NCBI GenBank assembly: GCA_002104905.1
Contig: MCFE01000130.1
Location: forward strand, 95,857-159,856
DNA: 64,000 nucleotides
Source: Basidiobolus meristosporus CBS 931.73
Taxonomy: Eukaryota > Fungi > Basidiobolomycota
Direction: 5' to 3'
Below the pieces are notes generated by a model. That model had not been told where the DNA came from, searched no databases, and saw nothing but the letters and a program-made list of their open reading frames with translations. Numbering within the stretch: position 1 is the stretch's first letter; each line of letters begins with the position of its first letter. Shown one piece after another: positions 38,601 to 49,095 of this stretch. The position numbers and the translations under genes are program-made.

Positions 38601-39544
38601 AGAAGAAATCAGATCTCTTCAGCAAGTTTGAGATGAAAGATCTTGGAAAATTGAGCTATTTTCTTGGAATTGAGGTCAAATTTGACATATCTACGCAGAA
38701 AATTGTGCTGAATCAGTCTAAGTACATCAGGGACATTCTTAGACGCTTCAAAATGGAAAATTGCAAACCTGCAGCAACCCCTATGGACAATAACCTGAAA
38801 TTAAGCAAATCTCAGCCAGTTATGGATGAAAACGGCTCAAATATGGACCAAAACTTTCCCTATCAATCAATGGTCGGTAGCCTAATGTACTTGATGGTGT
38901 CTACACGTCCAGATATTGCAGTAGCAGTTGGAATAGTCAGTCAATTCATGCAGAATTATGGATCAGATCAAATTGCAGCAGTTAAGCGGATTTTCAGATA
39001 TCTACAAGGTACCATAAATATGGTACTGGAATACTCTGGAGCAGCTAATAGGCGAAAATTTGATGGTTATAGTGATTCAGATTGGGGTAGAGATCTGATT
39101 GACAGACGCTCTACCACAGGCTATGTATTTCTTTATGCTGGTGCAGCTATTACTTGGAATTGCAAGAAACAACCAACTGTGGCACTATCTACAACTGAAG
39201 CCGAATATATGGCTGCATATCAAGCAACTAAGGAGGCTATATGGCTACGAAAATTATTCAAAGACTTAGGTTTTAATTCAGGTGAACCAACATGTATTTA
39301 CAAGGATAATCAAAGTTGTATTTCATTAGCTAGAAATCCTACTAATCATGCCAGAACTAAGCACATTGATATACAGCATCACTTTGTGAGGGAAGCTGTA
39401 GAAAATAACTTAGTGGAGCTGGTTTACTGCCCAACTGACAAAATGGTGGCAGACATATTGACAAAACCACTAGCTAGGCCACAGTTTGAGATCCTTAGAG
39501 AGAAATTGGGATTAAGAAATTATTTAGTTGAGGGGGAGTGTTGA
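35627..39544 (+). CDS. Copia Gag-Pol polyprotein (gag, zinc knuckle, protease, integrase, RT, RNase H)
   Basis: CNYCKKPGHWAREC, WYIDSGASQH, WHRRLGH, HSDICGP..DNGGEY..ERANRT, QMDVKTAFLNG, YVDDL and YSDSDWG, in copia domain order. Confidence 0.97.
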   Translation: MTSTSKQSNTNIFPVKERFDGKNYRLWRIKMQIHLEERKLWNIVTGKEVEPKGTAEDVEKFQEKERKAFNAICINVQDSFIGQIHASNTAKAAWESLEKIFRAKSVSSKLYLKRKFFNMRKKPDDDMLQLITRMETLAEELYSINAGVDDEEKILCLLCSLPDEYEPLILSFESREDNLTLDYVKGRLLHEELRRNDQAEKIEDNALFSSERHTEKKGKQQNRRKPGCCNYCKKPGHWARECKKKQADEKQKLEQANHITTDEQLFVTVQESASNRSNEWYIDSGASQHICGIKDWFSNLKTIPVRKVYLGDNSALEATASGSIQLNMSDNSGATTAKLTDVLYVPGIAKNLLSVSKATTQGLKFVFTKLSCSILSENGQKLASGIRDHNIFKLQCKIIVPEYVNIAETDETNWETWHRRLGHIGEQKMSQLVKNQLVLGLKYSIPIKLNVCKGCSYGKQARQHFKSSEGINTTKILAIVHSDICGPMRTLSFGAKRYFMTFIDDKTRYTWVYFLKTKDEALETFKHFKNMAETQTGCKLKVLQSDNGGEYCSKEFAKYCLSTGILQQTTVPHTPQQNGVAERANRTIVEMGRSMLHDKGMDYKFWAESVATAVNIKNRCPTTALRDSTPFEAYTGKKPDLQHLRIFGSDVFYHIPDKKRSKLEPKSRKGIFLGYCEGTKGYRVYDGEIQKLIKSRDVVFEENSDQKATEIIGQLPDDAINTNEEDTYQIQPEMEDTSTSSRSEQIIPVRRSTRIRNAPGSWWQTSNDHEEAYLALCAEPQNLEQAMQGPDATKWQQAMQEEYQSLIKAKTWELVDLPNGRKPIGCRWVYKIKITSNGAVDKYKARLVAKGYSQIQGLDFKETFAPVAKFNSIRTVLALAAVHSLDLHQMDVKTAFLNGDLQETIYMEQPEGFTDPKSPHKVCKLRKSLYGLKQAPRAWYNKIDTYLEEIGFSRSTADHSIYVKQLKKGVIILVLYVDDLIIATSDQEALKQKKSDLFSKFEMKDLGKLSYFLGIEVKFDISTQKIVLNQSKYIRDILRRFKMENCKPAATPMDNNLKLSKSQPVMDENGSNMDQNFPYQSMVGSLMYLMVSTRPDIAVAVGIVSQFMQNYGSDQIAAVKRIFRYLQGTINMVLEYSGAANRRKFDGYSDSDWGRDLIDRRSTTGYVFLYAGAAITWNCKKQPTVALSTTEAEYMAAYQATKEAIWLRKLFKDLGFNSGEPTCIYKDNQSCISLARNPTNHARTKHIDIQHHFVREAVENNLVELVYCPTDKMVADILTKPLARPQFEILREKLGLRNYLVEGEC

Positions 39545-39921
39545 AATATTGGACTATTTGGTATCATTCAGCAGCTAAAAATTTACTTAACAATTCTAGG
39601 CTAGTCTTAGTCACTGTAGGACTCATTTACTGCCTTAACTTCGCCACTTTCTCCAGATATATGATCTTATGATTATTCCCCTATAGTCAGGATCAAATTA
39701 GCACTATTACCAAACATTATGTACTAACCCTGAAACTGTTACAGAATGCTCCTAAATATTGAGAAACCCTCCCTACTTAGTGTTGCAGCTGTATTACTTC
39801 TACAAAGGTATAAATACTGAGCTTCTTTATGAATAAACAACAGTTCAACTATTATCACTATTTCTTGATAAGTTCCTTATATCCAAATCACTTCTTAAAT
39901 TGCAACAGCCACTAATAAAAC

Positions 39922-42900
39922 TGACTTGATCTATTGGATAGTGCCACAGAGTGCCAGACTGATCTGGCACTCTATGGCAATATCTAACACTATAATTTCC
40001 AACATAATGCCAGTGGTACAATATAGTTACTGGTAATGTTACTCAATGTTACTCATGTTGCTCAGAATAGTGATTTCCTTGCTTTGTTTACTCTTCATAA
40101 TGCTCCAGACACATTTCTCCTAGTAGATGTCTTCTTGTATGAATATACTGTGCATTGATAAGTATCTTAACCATCTTACCTACTCTACATTTTCTCCTAT
40201 ATATGACTTGACTTGGTATTACCTGCCAATATGCTGAATCTCCTCCAATATCTCAATGTATGCCCTACCCTCACTCTGAGATGATTAAATATCTCATTGT
40301 AAAGCTTCTGCTTCCTGCTAAGCACACAATTCCTTGGCTTCCTATATGCTGTAATACATCTAAGTCTCCAACAATCCACTCCTATATAAGCTAAGTCTGC
40401 CATACATTTCCCCCATCTACTGAAATCTGGATAGTTCTCTACCCAGAGTGCTTTGTTGTGGCTACTTCTAGCAAATGGCCCACCAAGCCAGATGATGTTA
40501 CCCTCAATGTCAGACAGTGCTTGGAACTTTGCACAGTGTGCCTTGTACTTACCAGAATAAAAGTGCCTTTGCCCTCTAGCAGGTCTGTTAATCCTGACTG
40601 GGAAGGTATCCAAAATACTCCTTATATGGAACCTGTTGCTGAACACTCCAGGATATGGAAGTCTATCAGAACTTCTGAACCTAGTATTCCAAGCTTGCTC
40701 TAAGTCATTCATACCCTCTGCAAGGTGGTTCTTCATTGCTGTCAGCTTGGAATGAAAGCTTCTTGGACTTTTGTTGCCATGGACAGTGGGATGAAACCTT
40801 GTGGGGCAATAGTTGTTGTAATAGCAGAAAAGCTTAACAAGAGATCTCCTTGAGTAGACTGGGGTAGAAGGTCCTCAGTACTTGGTATAGATCCCCTCTG
40901 ATGTGTCAAAAAGAAATCCAGTGGTAGTGATGGGATTGATGAGAAAAGGCCATTCAGATGAATAAGAGATATTAAAATTGGTAGGTTATCAAGCTGTGAT
41001 GATTTGAATTGATTTGGCACAATTGGCTTTATTAATCTGATTCTCCATGCATTATGATTAGATCTTCATCAATCACCATGTATTGCAACATTATGATGCA
41101 GAAATCATCCACAAACAATGACTTGCTATTTTTATTGATGCATTGCTTGCAAATCTATAATTAAATAGGAAATCTGCAATTGAGGTGTTCTATCTGTGTC
41201 AATGCAATTCAAGATGCATCATGCAAAGTATATGGAAAACTCCACAATCACATTAGATTTCATATATACTTCATGTAAGACCAGGTAAATGTCAATATAT
41301 TACTATATAAGTATCCAAATCTGTCACCATGGTCCTTATGCCTAGTCTCATCTTATCTTTAATACAACCCACGCAAAACCCAACCCCAGCTCATAAGCAT
41401 GGTCCAGATTAAAAAGTTGATGCTGGATCCAGTCATGTTCTCTCTGTATTATTTTGGTATAGCTTAAGTCAAAGATGATCCTTCATACAGATATTTGGGC
41501 ACTACTCATTAGTCAAGCAGAACTAGATACCTCATAGAGTCAACAGGGATGGAAAAAGCTTAATTGAAAGCTGTAGCATGAGTCCTACATCAAGATGCCA
41601 GCAGAAGTATGTAAGAAGATATATCACAAGACAAGTACTGAGATTATAAATGATCTGAGAGTCAGAGATTTGATGAGGAAGCCATACAGGAGCAATTTTG
41701 TGCACAAGTTACTCAGTACAAGCTAGATGTGTCCATTTGTGCCTCAACTTTAGGAGCAAAGAAATGTGAATGAGTTTTTGCCTGAAGTGACTAATACACT
41801 GTGATATATTGATAAAGCTAAGTGGCTTCCAAGAGCAATATACATAGGACTCATCCAAGCAACAGTTCCAAATTAGAGGACAGAGGGTAAGTGAATACTT
41901 GGAGGAACCAGAAGGTGAGTTTCAAGAGGAAGAATACAGGCCACAAGCACCAGCATGCCTTGCTGGATTCCTTACAATCCTTTGCAACTTCAGTGTACCA
42001 GAAAACATCTGTCTATATTACACTAACATTCTTCACAAGAGCGCCCTACACCAAGTCAACACATGTTGGGTCAACATGCATGCCTCAGAGCACAACCACC
42101 AGAACTTGCCAAATTGCTCACTCAGACACAAGTCCATTGGAGCAGGCCAAGTCACATTAACAAGTGGCATTACATTGAAATCAGCCAAGGGCCATGCCAA
42201 CACATCAAGTTGTACCTGCACATGCTTTTACTGCTAACTATTAGCAAGTAACTTCTGGTGAACTGACTGATGAAGACTGAAATGTAGTGCCTCTACTACC
42301 AGTGCCTTTGGCAAGTAAGGAATGTGTCAGTGTGTAGCACTGCAGGCCAGTACAGTGGCATCATTTGGAGCAATTAAGCACAGCCAAGCTGCTGCATTGC
42401 ACTCATCAACTAGGAGGCAAAATACAGACTACAAATACACAAGTAGCCAAGATGATAGTCAACAAGGAAGTAGTTTGGGTGTGCAAGGTAAAAAGCTACC
42501 AAGTGCTTCAGTAGTAATCCCAGTGAGAAAAGGCCTAGGAGAGGATGATGCAATTGCATTGAGTTGCTATAATTTGTCATGATCTAATAACACATTCTTT
42601 TTGCAATCAACGTTGAGCCATTGCAATTCAGTGGTCACTTTATTTTTGATATAAGTAAGATTTATTGCATTGAAGAAACATATCCCAATACCGGATTTTA
42701 CCCACCATTAAAGCAGTATCTGGTCATGCATGTGATGCAAGCATAACAAGTTGGCGCAGTCATTGGTGCCAACCTCACTATTTCAGATTGTGTCATAGGG
42801 TGCAAGATTATGCCACACAGTATAAAACTGTCAAAGATCAATCCTGCCTATTGGGAGCTAAAATATTGCGCCCAATTGCTCCTAACAGCAGCTGATTGTG

Positions 42901-42935
42901 CTGCACACCCTAGCATGGTACAATGGAACAAGTCC
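39922..42935. mobile_element. PIF/Harbinger-IS5-like (PHIS) DNA transposon H, copy 1, degenerate: transposase on minus strand, second ORF on plus strand
   Basis: Left end TGACTTGATCTATTGGATAGTGCCAC and right end reverse complement GGACTTGTTCCATTG. Flanks are AAC and AAT. Contains a DDE_Tnp_4-type ORF and Cys/His-rich ORF remnants at ~41600-42580. Confidence 0.7.
40197..40900 (-). pseudogene. DDE_Tnp_4 / IS5-family transposase, inactivated
   Basis: LDTFPVRINRP..QRHFYSGKYKAHCAKFQ...GGPF..SSHN...ADLAYIG...RKP...LSRKQKLYN..FNHLRVRVGH. The motif layout is IS5/ISL2-like, with HD changed to HN and the last E changed to G. The reading frame stays open upstream of the 40736 ATG. Confidence 0.8.
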
Positions 42936-43267
42936 AATATATCTTTGACCAAAGATTAGTTCAAATATACTTCTGGCAGAAGATCTGAAGAGTTTAATCA
43001 AAAGAGTTACCCTGTTGGTTAATAAGAAGGAATTAATAGGTATACCAGCAACTGTTGAAGACAATATAGTTACTCCTTAGATAGCCTGAGAGACAGATTT
43101 CAGGGCTTTGTATTAGTCACAGAGTCCAGAACTAAAGATTTGACATTATGTTACATATATCAATGGCTGTGGAATTAAGAATATGAATTGTTGAGAAGTA
43201 GGTGAAAAAGGCTTAAATTGGCAGCGGTAATCAACAAAGGAGGTACTCATGAACCTTTAGAGGCTTC

Positions 43268-43681
43268 TGTTATGATCTGCTGCATGAATAGTGTGTGAGA
43301 AGAGTCAAATGCACTGTAAAGACTGATCATGCCTCCCTCAATTGTGTATTTACTCAGAAGGTACTCTCTAGAAGAATGACAAGATGGAGTGAATACATTC
43401 AGCAATTTTACTTGGAGATTCTCTACTGCCCTGGGAAAATCAACACGGTTGCTGATACCTTATCAAGATTTGAACAAGTTACACAACTCAACTTGATGCA
43501 TGAATCAGATTAGCCTAGCCTACTACCAAAGTACTTGGAGGCCAAGCCATTCCTAATGTGGTGAATGAGAATATCAAGAAGATAATCCAGCATGCAGCTG
43601 GTAAATTTGTAGTACAAGATCAAATACTCTACCAACTAAGCTCCCTATTCCTCTATAACTCTTATGCCAAGACTTGTGACA
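43268..43681 (+). mobile_element. Miniature deletion derivative of gypsy family G1 (LTR tip + RNase H fragment + LTR tip)
   Basis: Starts tgttatgatctgctgc and ends ctccctattcctctataactcttatgccaagacttgtgaca. The middle encodes TDHASL..LSRRMTRWSEYIQQF..YCPGKINTVADTLSR. Flanks are CTTC and CTTT. Confidence 0.75.
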
Positions 43682-44089
43682 CTTTAACAGCCTTCTTTGC
43701 TGCTACTGCAAAAGGAAAGGACCCAAATTAGAGCAAGGCCTCAAAAAAAGAGATTATCAGCAGAGAATGCCTGAATATAGATATGCTGCTATAAAAGAAG
43801 ACATATCATCCATATTCCCACTGAATATGTCCACAAACAAGAATTCTTGGATGTACCAAAATGACTCTGGAGTATTAGAAGTAGTTGCTCACCAAAAAAA
43901 ATTTTTTACTTATTACAAGATATCCAATTGAGAAGGTTTCAAGGGCAATATAGAGCACCTTTTGCTGCTCAACAGGGAGCTATCCAAGTAAACCTCAAAA
44001 TTAGTGAAGGAAGTACTCTATGTACCAGAAATAGTCAAGTACCTACTATCTGAAAACAATACAGCAGCAGAAGGAATCAGATTCAGCTT

Positions 44090-47000
44090 TTTTATTTCAA
44101 AATGCAGGATCAATGATCAAGAGTCCAATGATTGACAGGACTGAATCAGCACAAAGTAATGAGAGTTTTTCTCATTCCAGAGTATAAGTGATGGAATAAA
44201 TCCTCTGGATCTCACACATATAACAGTAATACCTTCCATTGTGCCTAGAAAAGCCAGCTATCTGGTTGGTGGCTGGGGTATCTCCAATGCAGATAATAAT
44301 TTGCACAATGGCATAACAGCCATAGACTGCTGTCCCACTGGAAAGCATACAAAACTCATCCAGCAATGCATACAGGTAGCTATTCAGGTTGGATGATGAT
44401 TTGGCCCAGATACCAATATGACTACCATCAGATTATTGCTCTGATACCGTAAGATGGGAGGCAGATTTTAATTGATGAGAATCAATAGATTCAGGTTGAT
44501 GGGAATCAGTGGTCAGCTGGATTTGCTGGTAGAGTAGTTGTTTAAGGAGTATCCATCAAGTACTAAGGCAAAGGCATGGTCAGACATAGCTTTGAGGTAG
44601 CCCTGCTTCTGAGCTGTTTGTAATCTCTGCCATTGCATGTATTGGATATGTTTGAGCTAGATTGACACTGGGTGTGGTACTCTCTAGCTTTGTGATATTT
44701 ATTGGGCTGCATAAGCTTCTATAGACAGGGTATTACCAGAATATATCTGGAGTGTCAAAAATGTTTTCCCCCTATGGTGGTAAATTCCTGACAATTGACA
44801 CATTGCAATGGTAGCATTTTTGGATGTGAATGCCATGCAACTGTTAACACATGCTCGTATCCAAAAGGTCTCTGGATCATCTGATGCTAGCCACATGATG
44901 GTTGTGCATTTATACCACAAACATGGTAAGTTACATCCCGGGATGATTTTGGCAGGAAGTAATAGTAAGTCCTCAAAGCCCCATTATTGATATTAGTGGA
45001 AATGCACCATTTCTTTAGCCACATCAGCACATCATTCACCAGTTGAAGGACTAATGGGCTCACTTGACTCCATAAAGTATCCTTGTGACTTTCTTCCATG
45101 GTTGTTGTCTCATTGCATAATGGGATTTTGCCAGGCTCATGTGGGGTACTTTTGTTTGGGGAGATAGACTAACAATCCAGCAGTGAACCTGCTTCTTTGC
45201 AGCTAGCACTCTGCATGCCATATTCAGAAGGCTGGGGTAAGCCTAAAGGTGTCACAAATCCACTTGACTCAGTTTGCACAAGGTGACAAGTACAGCCTGG
45301 CGCCATGATAAAAGTATCAACAGGCTTGCAAGATATTGGCGGTACAGTAGTGACTGATGAAAGGTCAGGTATAACTTGTGTGGAATAACACTGGCCATGA
45401 GCCTTGTAGTATTTCATATGCAGTCTGCAGGTTTCATGGCTGAGAGGCTTGCTATAATAGCCATTTGGTCTTTTTCTCTTCTCTTAGAGCATAGAATCAA
45501 AGTAATGTTTTCCATGGGGCAAACAGCCAGACAATCAACTATGCAGTGCTATTATATCTTTTTTTTGTTGATACTCATAATATATGCAAAATTGTTATGA
45601 TGATCAAGGTATGGATTCCATTAGGACACTATGTAAGGACCATCAAAAAATTATTGCACCCAGATTTTATATAAAACTTGGACAAGATTTTTTGTCACAG
45701 CAATACAAAAGTGGCTTTTGATTGATTCTCTGCCAACTTTCTCACTTTCTTATCCCAGACACACTATCATCTCTTAGATTTGTGTGCATTGATTGGCAGT
45801 TGCCTCTTTTTTATACTCCTTACTCTCTGACCCAACCATTTCTCTTACTTTTCATAAGTACAAATTGATTCATTCCATTGAAACTTCAGTTGTACATCAA
45901 TTGCCAATTGTATTAGTTGTAAGAATCTGGGAGGTATTTTACAGTGATTGAGAGAACAAGTAGATTATGTGGTTTTGACTTAATGAATCATTGAATGTAA
46001 AAGTTGTATTTATACTTTTACATAGTCTTGGCATAAAAACAAATAGAATAGCGTAGGAAGGTCCCAAGAGCATCTGTGCAAAGTTTGGGCCTGTTTGAGC
46101 AACTTGGAGATTTTTTGTGTGTTGAGTACTTGATATTTTGGTGAAAATATTTTAACTAGATCCCAACAAGGATTTTGGTCAGTATTGTCTAGGAATCAAA
46201 GGTAATGATCCAAGTGACTAAGTTAGGTGACTATTTGGGTGGAATTACAGATTGTCACACTACTTCCACTCAGCTAAATGCTCATACTGACTAGTCCTAA
46301 TTGGGACCAAAGATATTCAAACTTGTCTCCTGCTAATGGTTTGGTAAATATATCTGCAATCATTTCATCTGTGGGACAGTAAGCTAAGCTAACCAAGTTA
46401 ATCACTATAAAGTCATATATGAAATGATACCTAATATTTATGTGCTTAGTTCTAGCATGAGAAGCAGGATTTCTATCTAACTGTATACTTCCTTGATTTT
46501 CTTGAATTCAAGTAATTGGCATTGGTTGACATTAGCCTAAATCTTCAAAAAGCTTCCTTAGTCATATAGCTTCTTTTGTAGCTTCTGAGGCTGCTATATA
46601 CTCTGCCTTTGTGGTAGAGAGTGCTATGGCCGGCTGCATTTCTGAATTCCATGAAATTACGCCTTTACAGTAACAAAAGGTGTATCCTGAGGTAGATCTT
46701 TTGTCTTCCATATTTTGTCCCCAACCAGCATCAAAGCATCCCACAGGATCCTGTTCCAAGTCCTTATCAGTGGATCCTATGCTGATATCAGCAGTTCCTT
46801 TGAGATATCTAAAAATACACTTAAAGGCTGCAATATGATCCAGTCCATAGTTCTGATTGTACAAGCTGACAACTCCCACTGATTACAAGACATCTGAACA
46901 TGTTTCAAGCATGATATACATCAGAATGCCAGCCATAGATTCATAAGGAAAGTCAGGGCTTTCAGATGGCACTAAGCTCTCTTGATTTGGTAGAGTTTGA

Positions 47001-49095
47001 CCAAGTTATGGTGTGCCTCCTTTGGGATAGCTGCTAGCTTACAGTCTTCCATTTGGTACTTCTTTAGTATATCTTGAATACACTTGAATTGGCTTAGGGT
47101 GATAGTCAGGGCACTGCTCCCTATAGAGAACTCTATCCCTAAGAAGTAACTGAGTTCTCCTAGATTGGACACCTTGAACTCCTTAGGTAGTCTGAGTTCA
47201 GCTTCTTCCAATGTTTTGAGGTTATTGGTGGCTACAATAAGATCATCCACATATCAAGTAAGTAGAGCTGGATATGCTCTATCTGGCTTGTAGCATATAC
47301 TATAGTCAGCATTGCTTCTTTTAAAACTCAAAGACTCCAAATAAGAATCTATTTTGCAATCCTAGGCTCTTGGTGATTTTTGAACCCATATAGAAATTTT
47401 AAAGCTTGCAGACCAAATGGATGTAATCTTGGATAACAAACCCATTAGGCTGATCCATATACATATCCTCATCAATTTCTCCATTCAAAAATGCAGCTTT
47501 TACATCCATTTGATGAATATAAGCCTTATGGCATCAATTGGCAGGAACTGCAGCTTTTTTCTCATACTTTCCTGTCTCTGGCTTGGGAAGACCTTTTCCC
47601 TTTCCCTTTTCCTTTTTCATTGCCAGGTCTTTAACTGCTACTTTCTCCCAGTGCCTCTTGTATTGAACAATGCCTCCTCCTTGATACATGCTGAACTGGT
47701 GAATCTGCATTGGTCTGCTTGTCTCTTACTGGTACTCTGTGGGCAACCAGACACTTCTTTTCTGCTTGTTTTGAGCTCTCAGCCCATGCCATGAGAGGCT
47801 CCTGAGGTAGCTGCTTATTTTTATCACGGCCAAGTCCTTCACTACTACTTTGACTGTGTACCTCTTGAGTAGAACTACAATTTCTCCTTGGAAAATGTTT
47901 TGCTGCTGCATCTAAGTCTGCCTGCTCTCCCCTCATTGGCATGCTTCCAGCTACCTAATGTCTCTTTGATGCTTATTTGTAGCTATTGGCCCTGCTTGTA
48001 ACAAGTTACTGGTTCTTGGCTATTGCACCCTTGATCTTCTGCCTTTGATAGTTTCTGCTACTCTTAAGATACTTTCTTGGCATACAAATGCTGGCCCAAA
48101 ATCTATTTGCTTGTTTGAATCCAGGATAATGCTCATGGTGCAATTCAAGCACATTCTGCTTGGTCTTGAGCTCCTGATGGTCCAATGGTATGCCAGCCTT
48201 AAGGTGATGGTGTGCTAGACTCCTGACAGCTTCTTGTATATCAGCCCACTCTTCATTATTGCACTCAACAGCTTCATGGATCTTCAATGTCTTTTGATTT
48301 TTAGGCTTTGGTCCAAACACCACATTGTCTCCCTCCCACACTGTAATAGGCTTTTCTGTGGGCTTTATCTATGGGCACTGTTGTTGTTCTTCAAAGACTG
48401 TTTAATGTTCCCCTGCTGTTACATTGGGAAATAGCTCAATATTGGCTGTGACAGTGAGCTACTTGAGTTTCTTCTTTGTAGCAAAAATACTGCTTTCTTT
48501 ACCTGGGATATTGATTGCTCTACACCTTTTACTTGCTCTTCCTACTTCTAAACTATTTCTTGATTTCTCTGGGCCAGTTCTTCCATGCTATCCGCTGCTT
48601 CATATAGTTGCCTTATTAATGCTTTGGTTTGAGCAGATAACATATTTGCTAATTCAAGTTGTGGTGATGTTATGATATTCACTTGCTTGTATTCAACTGA
48701 AGGTACTGCTTTTGCTACATTCTCATCTGCCTCAGCAATATGGTCAGCTTGCTGCAACACAGAGATTCCCATTCCCTACCTAACTGAGAGCCTGAGGAGT
48801 CCACATTATTACCTCAAGGGGCACACTGTCCATAGGGCCTTTTTTGGTTGTTGCCCTGCTAGTTGCACTGGATATCAAAGCAAGCTGTTGTCCAACAGCT
48901 CTTTTGCTGCTGTTTGTGATGGGGCTTGGTTGAGAACCAGACAACTTTGCTTTATTTTTTGGAAGCATATATATAGAAGTAAGTCAAAGCAAAGGGGAAA
49001 TGATGCTACATATACATGTGTGTGATGCCAAAATATCAATATCATTGCTTGTTATGGTGGGTCATCATTGAATCTAACACTCATATAGGTGTAAT
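44090..49095 (-). mobile_element. Fragmented CACTA/En-Spm-like element, copy B (ORF-A ~47530-49000; transposase N-terminal/central relic ~44100-45100), interrupted by a copia relic
   Basis: ACVNSCMAFTS and GDTPATNQIAGFSRHNGRYYCYMCEI are Tnp2-type motifs. The ORF-A DNA is colinear with 27640-29170. Confidence 0.7.
45918..47520 (-). mobile_element. Degenerate 3'-half Ty1/copia relic: RT/RNase H fragments and 3' LTR (45918-46259)
   Basis: DDLIVAT..LGELSYFLGIEF and KRSTSGYTF..ALSTTKAEYIAASEATKEAI. The TG...CA LTR is related to 24330-24663. Confidence 0.85.

Larger units (their letters stand above)
35222..39907 (+). mobile_element. Intact Ty1/copia LTR retrotransposon (4686 bp)
   Basis: 369-bp LTRs at 35222-35590 and 39539-39907, identical by eye; TSD GCCAC on both sides; PBS GGTTATGAGCCC; PPT gagggggag; single uninterrupted ORF. 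Confidence 0.97.
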
